Below the pieces are notes generated by a model. It was given only the letters and a program-made list of their open reading frames with translations, was not told the DNA's origin and did no database searches. Source: Eledone cirrhosa (taxonomy: Eukaryota). Taken from it: a stretch of DNA of 64,000 bases. This document shows positions 13,152-26,513 of this stretch, in pieces. Numbering within the stretch: the stretch's first letter is position 1; every line of letters starts with the position of its first letter. Where the stretch lies: assembly GCA_964016885.1 (NCBI GenBank), contig OZ024741.1, positions 126,852,001-126,916,000 on the forward strand, given 5' to 3'. The position numbers and the translations under genes were made by a program.

Positions 13152-13788
13152 GATTAATATTAAGAAAAATTAATAATACGAAGAGTTAAAATTTGAGACT
13201 TGAAAATTCAAGTATAAAATTCATTGTGGGATTTCATAGCAGTTTTCATCTAGGTAGCAACAGCAGGTTGACTGCTGTGTCCCTTTTTGGTAGTGAATGA
13301 GAAGTTATTTAGGGTGTGGGTTATTTTATAAAGGTCAGATTTAGCAATCACCAACTGGCCAGCTGCTGGTCAGTGAGGGGGTGGAAGCAATATACATACA
13401 CATATCTTCCTGTGATGGGTAGGAGAGTGGAGCGTGATAGAAAGGGATTTAGTGCACTTACACCTATATATACACACATACCTTCATCCACACATACATA
13501 TACATATACATATATATATATACATATATATACACACATACATGTGTGTGCATGTGGATGTATGTATTGTGTGTGCGTGTGTGTGTGTGTGTGTATGTAT
13601 GTGGGTATCTGGATGTATGCGTATGTGTATATATATATATATATGCGTGTGTGTGTGTGTGTGTGTATATATGTGTGTGTATGTGTGTATATATATATGT
13701 GTGGGTGTGTGTATGTTTGTATGTGTGTATGTATATATATATGTGTGTGTGTGTGTATATATATATGTGTGTGTATGTATGTGTGGGG

Positions 13789-13854
<66 letters not shown>

Positions 13855-13917
13855 ATATATATATGTGTGTGTGTGTGTGTATGTATGTGTATCTGGATGT
13901 ATGTGTATGTATATATA

Positions 13918-13976
<59 letters not shown>

Positions 13977-14434
13977 ATGTGTATATATGTGTGTGTGTGT
14001 GTATGTGTGTATGTATATGTATGTGTGTGTGTATGTATGTGTGTATATGTATATATATGTATATATATATATGTATATGTATATGTATGTATGTGTGGAT
14101 GAAGGTATGTGTGTATATATAGGTGTAAGTGCACTAAATCCCTTTCTATCACGCTCCACTCTCCTACCCATCACAGGAAGATATGTGTATGTATATTGCT
14201 TCCACCCCCTCACTGACCAGCAGCTGGCCAGTTGGTGATTGCTAAATCTGACCTTTATAAAATAACCCACACCCTAAATAACTTCTCATTCACTACCAGA
14301 AAGGGACACAGCAGTCAACCTGTTGTTGCTACCTAGATGAAAACTGCTATGAAATCCCACAATGAATTTTATACTTGAATTTTCAAGTCTCAAATTTTAA
14401 CTCTTCGTATTATTAATTTTTCTTAATATTAATC

Positions 14435-14482
14435 AACATTTGAAAAGATGGCTTTTGCAGACCCATCGAAACCGGTCATTTT
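14435..14482 (+). ncRNA. Hammerhead, U3-A8 variant
   Basis: aacat TTGAAAA gatgg cttttgcagac ccatc GAAA ccgg TC atttt read directly on the plus strand. Confidence 0.7.
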
Positions 14483-14582
14483 TTATACCCTTTATTATTT
14501 CCTTACCTTATAAAATTATGTTTTTTCACAAAAAAGTATTCTGTCTCTTATATATTCCATGTGCCATTACCAACCTCAATTT

Positions 14583-14727
<145 letters not shown>

Positions 14728-15812
14728 ATCTGTATATGTATGTGTAGGTTTGTGTGTATTTGTATATGTATGTGTGTGTATATATGTATATATATACACA
14801 GGGTGGGATGAAAAACCATATCTGTGGTTAGCAGAATGGTTTTTCTAAGTTTCTTTCAAGTTTAAACTCTTGAAACAAAATGTCAGAACGAATTGAAATC
14901 TTGGAGAAAAAAACTTGAAAATGTAGAAGTGATGTCGAACGGCTGGAATGAAAATCAGTTACAACTGAAAAGAAAACACGATCCAGGAATCAAACCCTGA
15001 TCTTATGATCATCTGTCCAACACCTTAACCATAAGTCAGCGCCATGACCATCGAGAGTGGAACGCTGTTGACCATATTACAGTTCGATAATACCTAACAG
15101 GGAGTAAAAAAAAACATGAATGCGTATACACAGACGATCCGTCTGACTTGTATAAAGCGTTGAGAATATAAAGTTAATGTAAAGAATGATGTGCTCATTG
15201 AGCAGAGATGCTCTAAAATAGAGTGAAGAACCTTTAAAGACTTTACAGCCGATATCTGGGAGATATGGGGTTTGATTCCTCATTGTGACCTATGACAACT
15301 TCTTTTCCCGTTTTCAAAGGGTCTTCATCCTATTTAAAAACTATTTCATAGCATCTCCTCGCATGAGCACATCACTCTTTATATTAACATTAATATAACT
15401 GTAAAATAGAAATGTTACCAGACAGCCTATTCTAGTCAAATTCATAGATTTATTTCATTCCTTTTCAATCTATAATACTGCCAGTAACAACAAATTGTTA
15501 ATACTTTTTCGATATTTTAACTTGGTATCAAGACAGGCTGGGATTGTCTCAATTTTTATTACGATTGCAGATTGCCAAATTATGGATGGTTATAAACGAT
15601 TGAAAACGAGAAAATGATAAATGCAAAAGTATCCATTGGAATATAACATGAAATAGTTGATATTTGAAACAGCAGGCATCAAAACTCAAAACTTTATTGA
15701 AATACAGTGATTAATGGCGGAAGGAAAAGTAGAGAAATAATTTATCTTAGATGACAGGCTATCAATAATTTTACAGAAACATATATATATATATATGTAT
15801 ATATAAATATAA

Positions 15813-15892
<80 letters not shown>

Positions 15893-16381
15893 GTGTGTGT
15901 GTGTATATACATAAGTGTATATATGTATGTGTATATATGTGTGTGTATATATATGTATATATGTGTATATATATATATGTATATATGAGTTTATATATAT
16001 ATGTATATATATATATGTATATGTGTGTGTGTATATATACATATGTATAGTTATATATATATATGTATATATATGTATATATATATGTGTGTGTGTTTGT
16101 ATATATATATACATTCAAGGCATTGTCAAATAGACATACGCTTCTGTCTACCTAAACCTCATACTAGGGTAATAGAATTGCAATTCCAAAAAAACCTCAA
16201 AAGTTTTACCTTCAGGGGTTGATTCAAGGTCGGCATCTGTCAATTTGACACTGCCTTGAATCTTTGGTATTTGTTTAATATAACAGCTCAGCGTGAACCA
16301 CATTGCATTGAGTTTTTAACTATCCGGCAAGGCAGTTTTTACTCCACTTATTAATAATATTATTATTATTACCACTATTAT

Positions 16382-16427
<46 letters not shown>

Positions 16428-16430
<3 letters not shown>

Positions 16431-16635
16431 ATAATAAAAAATTTGAAGCCTAAAATCCAAAGAGGGCTCGATAAGGATAAATATATATCAAAGTATCGTC
16501 TTCCTGTCTTCCTCCGTTTGCAACGTTTTTTTAAATATCCACTTCTGCGTTTACAGATTGACTTTGTTAGTTTCAGAAGATCCCGTTAAGGGTGAAAGCA
16601 GCGATTCTTTGCTTAAACCTTAATCTGTTATTTTA

Positions 16636-16640
<5 letters not shown>
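16428..16640 (+). mobile_element. Solo mini pLTR of the 59688-63318 PLE family with a 5' inverted segment
   Basis: 16430-16491 matches 62888-62948, and 16492-16640 is the reverse complement of about 59690-59835. (TA)n on both sides. Confidence 0.85.
16570..16618 (+). ncRNA. Type I hammerhead, CAGAAGA (U4A) variant with full stem III
   Basis: gttt CAGAAGA tccc gttaa gggt GAAA gca gcgattctt tgc TT aaac. Confidence 0.65.
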
Positions 16641-16677
<37 letters not shown>

Positions 16678-16808
16678 GTGAGGTTTTTTTTACAAAATGA
16701 AAAATAACCGAGGTGTCCTACACAAGTGAAAGTATAAAGAAAAATAGATGAAATCGAAAATGCAACTGAAGTCTTATTTTTTTTAAAAATATATATATTT
16801 ATTTGGTT

Positions 16809-16846
16809 CCTTTACCGGTTTAGCAGTTCTTCTGCTTTTCAAAAGG
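16809..16846 (-). ncRNA. Degenerate U3-A8 hammerhead
   Basis: cctt TTGAAAA gcag aagaa ctgc TAAA ccgg TA aagg. Stems are perfect but G12 is mutated. Confidence 0.55.
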
Positions 16847-17362
16847 TGAGTTGAGATGGAGGGTCTGTGGTTTTTCTCACATCTGGTTGGTCTCTGAATG
16901 TTACTTGTTTTATATGGAAAAAGTGGCTCGAAATTCCAGGTTTTTCGAGAAGTAATTTGATTGGTTTGTCAATAATTATAATAAATTTCGCGCCAGTTCG
17001 CGTTACAATAGTTCTTCAAATAAGAGAGGGGGGGGGGTTGTCACAGGTTGTTTTTTCATATATGAGTGTTTGAATTTCTTTTTACTTGAAAAAAGGAGGC
17101 TCACGAAGGCTTTTTTTTGGTTGTATAAATGAAATTTGGCTGTCACGTGAACAAGTTTTTATTACATTTTTGCGCCCTTATTTGGAAAACTATTCTGTAG
17201 TCTTTATAGTGAATGTTATGACAATGGAGAGATAGTGGTCAAGAGAAAAGGGATTGGGAGAAATGTTCTGGTTCAGTGAATATGGCCAGCTCGCCGGGGT
17301 GTCAGAGTTCAGATTTTCTATTGAGACTGAAGATATGTATGTTTATTTGTGTGCTTGTGTGT

Positions 17363-17440
<78 letters not shown>

Positions 17441-17689
17441 TGGAAGATGATTCTATTAGTAGAGATGGGGGAGGGAGTTGTGTGTGTGTGTATATGGGTG
17501 TTATGTGTGTGTGTGCGAGTATGTTAAGATGGAGAGAATATATATTTTGTGTGTGTGTATATATATATGTGTGTAGGAAAGTGGTTCTATTAGTAGAAAT
17601 GGGGAGGGAGTTGTAGGTGTGGGGGTTGTTATGTGTGTGTATGGGTGTTATGTGTGTGGGAGTATGGTTAGCATGTTAAGATGAAGAGA

Positions 17690-17720
<31 letters not shown>

Positions 17721-17963
17721 GTGTGTGTGTATGTGTGTGTGTAGGAAAGTGATTCCTTTAGTAGGAATATTTTTGAATGAACATATTTTCCTTACTTTTT
17801 CGTGTTTGCTGTTGTATTGCCAGTGCAAACGTATGTTAAGGTTTATTTAGTTCGGGTTTTTATTTTCTAAAGTAGTATATATATATATATATATATATAT
17901 ATAAGCTAAATTAGGGATATTAGCTAAATTGGCTAAAATAAGTTGGTGTTTACTTATACAATT

Positions 17964-18058
17964 CCCCAACCATGGTTTCTGGAACTCAAGAAACAATATT
18001 GGCAATTCCAAGACATTGGAATAATCAATATTGGATGAATTTCAGTTTCTTCATCGGG
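17964..18058 (-). ncRNA. Degenerate hammerhead in a 492-nt-period direct repeat
   Basis: cccg ATGAAGA...GAAA ccatgg TT gggg. A second partial copy at 18457 reads GAAA ccatgg TC ggg. Confidence 0.45.
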
Positions 18059-18519
18059 TAAAGAATTCTTAGGAATAAAGGAACAAGTTGAATATATATC
18101 ATACGTACCATGTAGTTGCTAGACGGCATGTTGAAACAACGTGTTACAACGCTGAGTTACTTTATGAATATTTCCTACTTAATGTATTAGGAGAATACGA
18201 CGGGTTTATATTGACGCTGGAAACAGCTGCCAAAACCGTCTAAGTCAGCTCAACAATGATGGAGCAGTCAATATTAATATATAACTTTATAAAGTTAACT
18301 GTCTCTAATACATAAACGTCGCAATGAAAAAATAAGATATATTAATAAATTATCTACTCAGAGAAGTAATAAAATATATTAAACTAAGCCAAAATCTCAT
18401 TTTGGCGGATATAAACTAAATCGGCTAAAATAAGTCGGTTTTTACTAATATAGTTACCCGACCATGGTTTCTGGAAATCGAGAGACAATATCGGCAATTG
18501 CAAGACAAGGGAATAACCA

Positions 18520-18700
18520 ATAATTGTTTCTAATTTTGGCACAAGGCCAGCAATAACCCAGTACATTACTGGTACTTTAATTTATCGACCCCGTAAGGAT
18601 GAAAGGCAAAGTTAACCTCGACGGGATTTGAACTCTGACCGTAAGGAAACGTAACTATGCTAGAAAGCATTGCGTCCAACCCTCTACCGACACTACCAAT
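18520..18700 (-). mobile_element. SINE family A copy
   Basis: Matches 1070-1258. Confidence 0.85.
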
Positions 18701-18705
18701 TCAGT

Positions 18706-20264
18706 TCCTTCATTGGTAGGAGAATTCTTTCTTAAAGTTAAAGTCTCCCAGCGGCAGAATGTTGAGACCGTGGTCCCGTTTGTCAAGGACTTCTTCCATC
18801 CTTCTGAGGCTATTTTCAAACTTACCTTCATGACTAGGAGTGTCGAGTGGCCGATATGTGACACATATTGCCATTTTCAGTTGCTTCAGTGTCACAGGTG
18901 GAGTTGGAATGTGTCAACAGTACAATGGGTGTGACATCTTCACGGATTTACAGGGCAACCCCACCATGAGTTCTCTCCTTCCTGTCTGGACAAATACAGT
19001 ATGCTTTATTATATGTATTTCCGCATCTGTTATACTGCTTGTCAGGTGCGTTTCAGTTAGTACCATGGATATTGCTTGATTGCTTATGGCTAAATCTCCC
19101 AGGTAGGAAATTTTATTCATGTTGTTGAGTTTCACCAGGACTCTGACATTCAACAGCAGCACTGGTGTGATATTTTTTTTTGGGGGGGGGGGGGGTCAGC
19201 AATGGCTATCTATGTGGCACCTGGACTGGTGTCAGCGGCGGCCACCCTGGGTCCCTTGATTGTGGTGGTCTCGAGTGTTGATGTGAGTGACCCTGGCTCT
19301 GAAAACGATGTAACCTGGTCAATTGTCCCACAATCCTCTCCACCATTTCTGAAAAACCCTTTTGCTCCGCTGCCGCCGTCTGTATTTCATCTGTATATGC
19401 TTGTCTTCTCTTTGTTGGGAAGGCACGCGCTACATCAGTATGTATGTTTATTGTGCGTGCATTTAATGTCTGTCTAAATAGTATCCAACTTTTGAGTGGA
19501 AAAATGTTTAGTACTCGCTGGGGTGTTCAATTGCTTATCACTGTCGAGGTCGGCCTTTGTTTCTCCATAGACCTAGCCCAGCGAGCCTTCGACTATTCGA
19601 AGCACGTCTGGAATGCTTCTTCCCAATTGGCTCTCACCTCTGTCGTCGCAATCCTCATGTCTTTCTCACGTTTCGCAAATCGGGGGCATGTAAATGACAT
19701 CTTCCGTTTTGGGAACAACCATATGTCAGAAGGAAACATGTCTGGAGACCAAGGAGTCAGGCAAATGATCGAAAACCATTTCTGTATAAGCTGCGAAGAA
19801 TGAGCAGGGGTGTTATTATGAAGTAGCTGCTAGTTTTGTGAGGCCTACGGGTCCGGCCTTTTGCGACAGTCTGCACCACGGAGGTGTTGGAGAACTTCTT
19901 GGCAGTACTCCTTTGTAACTGTTTGCCCTTCTTGTGTATACTCGCAATTCAGACCGCTTCAGTATTCGTAGAAAATAGCCAACAACACCTTGATTTTGAT
20001 CCTCACATGACGAGCTTTACACAGAGATGACTGAGCTTCATTTTCCGGGTTTCCAGTGCTTACCCACACGCCTACATCATCTCACCAACAGTTATTATTG
20101 TATTTCCGGCGGAATAAAGAGTACAGCACCACGCACACTGATTACCCAATGGTGGCTGGCGCATCCAGCGAGCTGGTCAAAAACTATGCAAACGCATGAA
20201 TGTATGCTGCTCCACTCTGCTCACGTTTGTCACCCTGATGTCATTGCTTCTCACGTAAAAGATA
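18706..20264 (-). mobile_element. CR1-group LINE 5' portion (ORF1 remnant plus AP endonuclease), degraded
   Basis: LLLNVRVL...ISMVLTETHLTSSITDAEIHI...ICVTYRP...GDFNF are APE motifs. Confidence 0.75.
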
Positions 20265-21600
20265 CAAAGAATCGCTGCTTTCACCCTTAACGGCATCTTC
20301 TGAAACTAAAAAAATCAATCTGTGAACGCAGAATTAAATATTTCGAAAAACGTTGCAACTGAAGGAAGACAGGAAGACGATACTTTGGTTCGTGGAAACT
20401 AATATTCTATTAGGTGGTTCATGGAGACATTCTCTGGCAATGAACGGAAAAAAACGAAGATAATACGTCATTATGTGGACCATTGAGAACAATTACACGC
20501 AAAGAGAAAACCACTTTTATGGTATAACTGAAGTCGTAGACTAAAATTCTATTTAGGAAACCGAATGATTCTCGGCTTCAGAGTTAAGAATAATGTAAAT
20601 AAATTACAGAGGTAATTTAAATCAACAAAAATTAAATATATACATGCACGCTTCCATATACGTACATACACATGTATACGCGAAAACACCCGCCATGAGT
20701 ATGCAAATACAAGCACTTACACAAAAAAACACGCGCGCACATACAGAACCCACGCAACGCCTGTACCCGCACACATACTAACGTATACACCAAATACACA
20801 TAAAAATATATATTAAAAAAAATATATATATATGTGTGTGCGTGTATACATATAATTATATAAACGTATATAAATATACACACATAAATACGTATATAAC
20901 GCGCGCACACACATACCTACATGTAAATACACATATGTTCGCTAAACGTACGTCAACCAAAACACAAAGTACACATATACACACACCCTGCATACGTACG
21001 AACCCGCATACTCACACAGACGCAAAACTCACGTATACACATAACCATATGCACATGTACCAGTATATATAATATAATATATACGCCCATAATATATACA
21101 AGCAAATATACGTACGAGAAAGTATAAGTACCTTCACAAAATATATACTTACCTATACAAATAAGTAATGGTATATACATAACATATACTTAGCTACCAC
21201 ATCAAGACGTAAAATATCCGCGTATAGTTCGTACTATCCGTTAGGGTATAATGTGGGGCTGTAATACAGGAAAGTTTTGTGCAATTTATGTTTACAAGCC
21301 GAAATTGCCTCAGATTTTTTGTTTAAGATGTGATCTTTGGCGTAGAGTATTTCCAGGGCTTCAGCGGCGCAGAGGTCACATGGTCTTTTATTTCCGTTAT
21401 ACGATCTAGCGTTAGCTAGGATCTCCCAATGTAACTTATATTGGGTGTGGTTGTCATTTAGACTCCAGATATAAGCTGAAAGTGACGTCATATTCCCTCT
21501 TAAAGGGTTAAGAAAAGAATGGGTATGCATATAAAGACGGTGCTTGAATCTATTGGCGGTTAACCCTATGTAGGCCCTACAGGATATGGGTGTTTCGAAA
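20265..21600 (-). mobile_element. PLE 3' fragment (GIY-YIG C-terminus plus 3' UTR), same family as 59688-63318
   Basis: YIGLTANRFK...WEILANARSY...CDLC...CKHK, nearly identical to 60709-61070. Confidence 0.9.
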
Positions 21601-21633
21601 TATTTACTTCTGCATTCAGAGATTGATTTTTTT

Positions 21634-21684
21634 AGTTTCAGAAGATCCCGTTAAGGGTGAAAGCAGCGATTCTTTGCTTAAACT
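21634..21684 (+). ncRNA. Hammerhead U4A variant in an inverted pLTR piece (21594-21697)
   Basis: agttt CAGAAGA tcccgttaagggt GAAA gca-9nt-tgc TT aaact, with a 5-bp stem I. Confidence 0.65.
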
Positions 21685-21692
21685 TTAATCTG

Positions 21693-21767
<75 letters not shown>

Positions 21768-22142
21768 AGGCCTGTTGAAATATATATATATATATATATA
21801 TTAAACGTTGAGAAGTGACACACGGGCTAATATATATTAGGAAAATAAGTAAAAAAGTAGAAATGCTAATAGGATTTTCTCATAGAATAACAGCAAAACA
21901 TTTTTTAAAAACTAATTTATCGTACCGGTTTCAGCCGATAATTATTTCGGCTTCTCCCTGCTATAGGAAATATGATAAAAAGTATATAATAAAATGTAGG
22001 TGTATATTAGAAGGGGGTATTAGAGAACATAGTTTACTTATATATGAGAAAGTTTACATTTTCATTTATCTCTTTCTCCCTCTCTCGCCTCCTTGGTGAT
22101 TCGGTGGTAGTAGCTGCTACTACCACCAAACCACCAAGGAGG

Positions 22143-22173
<31 letters not shown>

Positions 22174-22296
22174 GGAGGTGAGTAATATTGTAGAACAATA
22201 AAACTATGCATATATCAGATAAGTAGCACTCAACAGTTGGTAGAACTGGAGTATATATAAAGAAGAAATTAAAAGATGGTTAAAAAATGTCCATAT

Positions 22297-22364
22297 ATTT
22301 TATTATGCGCATTTCGAAAACAATATGATCCTTGGACAAAAATTGTGTTCTCATCAGATAAAAT
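22297..22364 (-). ncRNA. Type I minimal hammerhead ribozyme
   Basis: attttat CTGATGA gaacacaat...attgttttc GAAA tgcgca TA ataaaat, with a 7-bp stem I. Confidence 0.88.
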
Positions 22365-24222
22365 ACGGTAACATGATATGTGGCCTAAAAACACTTGTGA
22401 ACAAGTGTTAACAAGGCTCTCTCATATGCGTCTAAATACTCGGACATCGCTACTGATGAATTGAACATCATTCTCACCGCAAGGAAAACCATCCTTGAAT
22501 TTAACAATGAACATTGGACAAGAGCTGATACTTCCAACAATGTTGACATCACCATGGGTTCGACGGATTAAGCGCAATTGACAGACTTGGTTGGAATTTT
22601 CATCTTGAACTCTTTAAATCGGAAAATTCCTCAACTTCGCGGTGGAATATATCGTGATGATGCTGTTTTTACTGTCTTAAATTGTAACAAAGTAAACCTT
22701 AATATTATTAAGAAAAATATACTTGAACTATTAAGCATCTTAACCTAAAAATAGAATTTGAGAATAATGATAAATTAGCAAATTTCCTTGATATATCCCT
22801 TAATCTAGATACCGGCCTATATTATCCATACCATAAGCATAATGAGAACCTAAATTATGTTAACTTTAAATGAAACCACCCTAATAATGTTAAAACTGCT
22901 ATAGTCAGAAGTGTTGAAAAAAGAATTTCTAATTTATCCTCTAATAAACATATCTTCGATGCTAATGCCAACTATTATAATAATCCGTTATCTAGGGCAG
23001 GATATCCAGACAAAATTAAATACACTAAGGAAACTAATTTTGGCAGAACTTATAGTAATGTAACTAGTTATAAGCATACCAGTAACATAAAGAGGAGACC
23101 TAGATATAAAAATATCCTTTGGTACAACGCTCCCTTTTCTCTTTCACTTATTAGTAATATCCCTAAATTATTTTTTAGGGCTTTAGATAACAGCTTCCAC
23201 CTTCACATATTTATAGCAAGATTTTTAATAAGCATACCATTAAATTCTCATATTCCACTACTTCAAACTTTTCAAAAATTATCTCAAGACATAATTCTAA
23301 AATATTAAATAACTCATATGCATCCAACAATGAGAGTCATAATAATAACACTCTAAGGCCCGACGTCAATGTAAACTCGAGGCAAAATAACATAAATATA
23401 AATACGACATCAAACGTATCTTTGGAGAATGCTTCAAATAGTAATGTAAATAAGGAAACTTTAGCACCTCCTTTAGCTAATTCCACCACTCCAGTTCCTA
23501 TTATAAATAATCATGGGCCACTGGTAAATAACTCTGTTAATAATCTTAATCGTAAATGCAAATGCCCTATTAGAACTAATTGTGCTCTTAGTAATTTCTG
23601 TCTCGATAAAAACCTAATATACGAATATAAAGTGGTAACTAGTACCAATACCTATACCTACATTGGATCTACTTCTACTTCTTTTAAAACAAGACTCTAT
23701 AACCATTCTTCTACATTTAAATATCCACTTAAAAGGACTAGCACTGCACTCTCAGAACTTATTTGGTCCTTAAAAGACAAAAAAAATTAATTACGAGATC
23801 TACTTGGCGTAAAATTTGTAACCTTACTCCAACGCTTCTATATCTAGGGTTTGTAATTTATGTATAGCTGAAAAATTTACCATAATCTCGAATTTCAACA
23901 CTTTAATTAATAGACGTACGGACTTATTTGGTCTCTGTATTCATAAATCTTTTAAGACCTTTCATAAAGTATACAGCTAATGTCCTATAACTTATTCTAC
24001 GAATAACGGTTAATTTTTTACACATATATATTTTTACACATATATCTTTTCACACATTTTTTCTCACATATTTCATTATATTCTACAATGTATTAATCCC
24101 CTTTTCTCTGCATCATTAAGCCTTTCACCTTCTTTCTCTATTGAGGTTATTTTTTTCTTTCAAACCTTCGTAGATTTTGTAAACAAACGTATATACGTTC
24201 AACAATCTGGCAGGAAGGTATA

Positions 24223-24263
24223 CGTTGCTGACGATAGCTAATAAGCTTGAAACTAGTACAGCG
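24223..24263 (+). ncRNA. Type I minimal hammerhead ribozyme
   Basis: cgttg CTGACGA tagc taataa gctt GAAA ctag TA cagcg. Confidence 0.85.
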
Positions 24264-24642
24264 TTCCTTTGTCAGTATTGAACAAACGAGCAACGATGGT
24301 TGCTAGACACTACGGCTTAATACGGGATGTTTGTTTACAAACACACCTAGCATTATAATAAATGTTCGGTGAATCCATACGGACATATATATATGTGTGC
24401 ATGTATGTATATATATATACATACTACTGTGCGTCTGTATACATATATGTATGTACGTGTACATACTTATATTTAAGTAAGAGCCGTACTAAGAGTGGGA
24501 AATTAAATTTCGTTTCATTTTTTCCGTTTATCGTTTTCGGTGCACCCGGCCGATTAACCCACTCGATATGCAAATTGGGCTACTCAGCCGTTAATATGCA
24601 TAAGGTAAGTATATACGTTCAACAATCTGGCAGGAAGGTATA

Positions 24643-24683
24643 CGTTGATGACGATAGCTAATAAGCTTGAAACTAGTACAGCG
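24643..24683 (+). ncRNA. Tandem hammerhead copy with C3A mutation
   Basis: Identical to 24223-24263 except the core reads ATGACGA. Confidence 0.7.
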
Positions 24684-24835
24684 TTCCTTTGTCAGTGTTG
24701 AACAAACGAGCAACGATGGTTGCTAGACACTACGGCTTAATACGGGATGTTTGTTTACAAACACACCAAGCATTATAATAAATGTTCGGTGAATCTATAC
24801 GTACATATATATATGTGTGCATGTATGTATATATA

Positions 24836-25280
24836 AGGAGCTCTTAAGAGTCAATGGCCATCCAAAATCACCGGGAGAGATGACCCCTTAGCCTTTGTCA
24901 AGGCAGAATTCTAAGAGAAGGAAAACTCTGATATAACACCTGCAACCCTGATGGTATCCAATGATGTTGACTTATTCTTCTTTTTGGTAAATATCATCTT
25001 GGTTAAGAGAGTGGGACTGGCTTTGTGCAGTGCCTTTGCTCACTATAAAAGCTTCACGGCACAGGCATTGCTTTGTATCTGGAGATCTCTCTACACTTGT
25101 CGTCACATGGTACCAAAGGCCCAACACTATGTGTCAATAATTGTCACAGGTGTAGTGTTTGTACCAGAGTTTTCAAGTCGCTGGCTGGACTAAAAGTCAC
25201 ACTTGTTTAGCGCATCGGTAGGGGTTCTCCTACATGGATATAAAGTAGTGGCCGTACTCGAAAACGAGTTGGCAGCCACC
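24836..25280. mobile_element. About 445-bp insertion interrupting the second 420-nt repeat
   Basis: The repeat resumes at 25281 (matches 24412-24470), and the insertion point is a TA run. Identity unknown. Confidence 0.55.
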
Positions 25281-25335
25281 ATATATATACATACTACTGT
25301 GCGTCTATATACATATATGTATGTACGTGTACATA

Positions 25336-25426
<91 letters not shown>

Positions 25427-25573
25427 CGTTTCTGAATTTGTTTAGCAAGATTCTTTATCTGAAAATGTGTGTTGAAACCGATATTGTTATACTTTGGGAG
25501 AGTCATGTTACATTCACTCCAATTTATTATAAATTAAATTATAAATTTAAAAATTTCCGGTTGTTCATATATT

Positions 25574-25616
25574 GTCAAAGTTCTTTCGTCACACATTATG
25601 TGACCTCTTCAGTGAC
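25574..25616 (-). ncRNA. Type I hammerhead ribozyme
   Basis: gtca CTGAAGA g gtcaca taatg tgtgac GAAA gaac TT tgac. Confidence 0.72.
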
Positions 25617-25898
25617 TGGGGATTCTTTTCTTTTATTTTGTGCCTCTCCTTTGTTCTGTCCTACACCATCTTGTTTTTTCAAATCTCTCAGATCCCTCGG
25701 CAGCTTGTTGGAGAGTTGAGGGCCCTTGAATCCCAAGCTATTGCAATACCTGCTCCTTATTCTAGATGTGGAAGACGGGACCTTTGGCACCACACAGTGT
25801 ATGTATATATATATATATACATATATTTTAAGTGTTTTCAAAAGATCTTTGATAGTTTAGTTTTCTGTGGAATATTCTAGTGCCATGATTTATTCAAA

Positions 25899-25962
<64 letters not shown>

Positions 25963-26327
25963 CTTTGAAAACACTTAAAACAAAAGAAATATTGATTGAT
26001 TTGTATTTGGAATTAGTGCTAAAAAGAATTTGTTATTCTAACTTATAGAAGGGAAACAATATTGCTTATATTAAATCGCTTTCATATGTATATACATTCA
26101 TACATACATACCTAGATGACTGCATACAATTATTCATGCATATGTACATAATATGCATAAATACACATGCACATGTAAATGTACACACATACCTATATGT
26201 AAGCGTACATATACGCATAAATCATACGCACATGTATATGTACACACATATATCATACGTACGCACATACACATATGCGTACATACATCTATTTATTTCA
26301 TCTAAATTCTACAGTATTCTTAACTAA

Positions 26328-26513
26328 TAATTGTTTCTACTTTAGGCACAAGGCCAGCAATTACCCAGTGCATTACTGGTACTTTATTTTATCGACCCCG
26401 TAAGGATGAAAGGCAAAGTCAACCTCGGCGGGATTTGAACTCAGACCGTAAAGGGACGTAACTATGCTGGAAAGCATGGCGTCCGACTCTCTACCGATAC
26501 TGCCAATCCACCA
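26328..26513 (-). mobile_element. SINE family A copy
   Basis: Matches 1070-1258. Confidence 0.85.

Larger units (their letters stand above)
22420..24835 (+). mobile_element. Degraded Naiad-type PLE with tandem 420-nt 3' repeats
   Basis: GGIYRDD, FLDISL, NHP, WYNAPFS, CKCPIRTNCALSNFCL, YTYIGST, with several stops and frameshifts. Repeats start at 24189 and 24609. Confidence 0.9.

Noticed and set aside
13316-14270. Mirrored 268-aa ORFs on both strands
   Set aside because: A consequence of the inverted repeat plus the microsatellite spacer.
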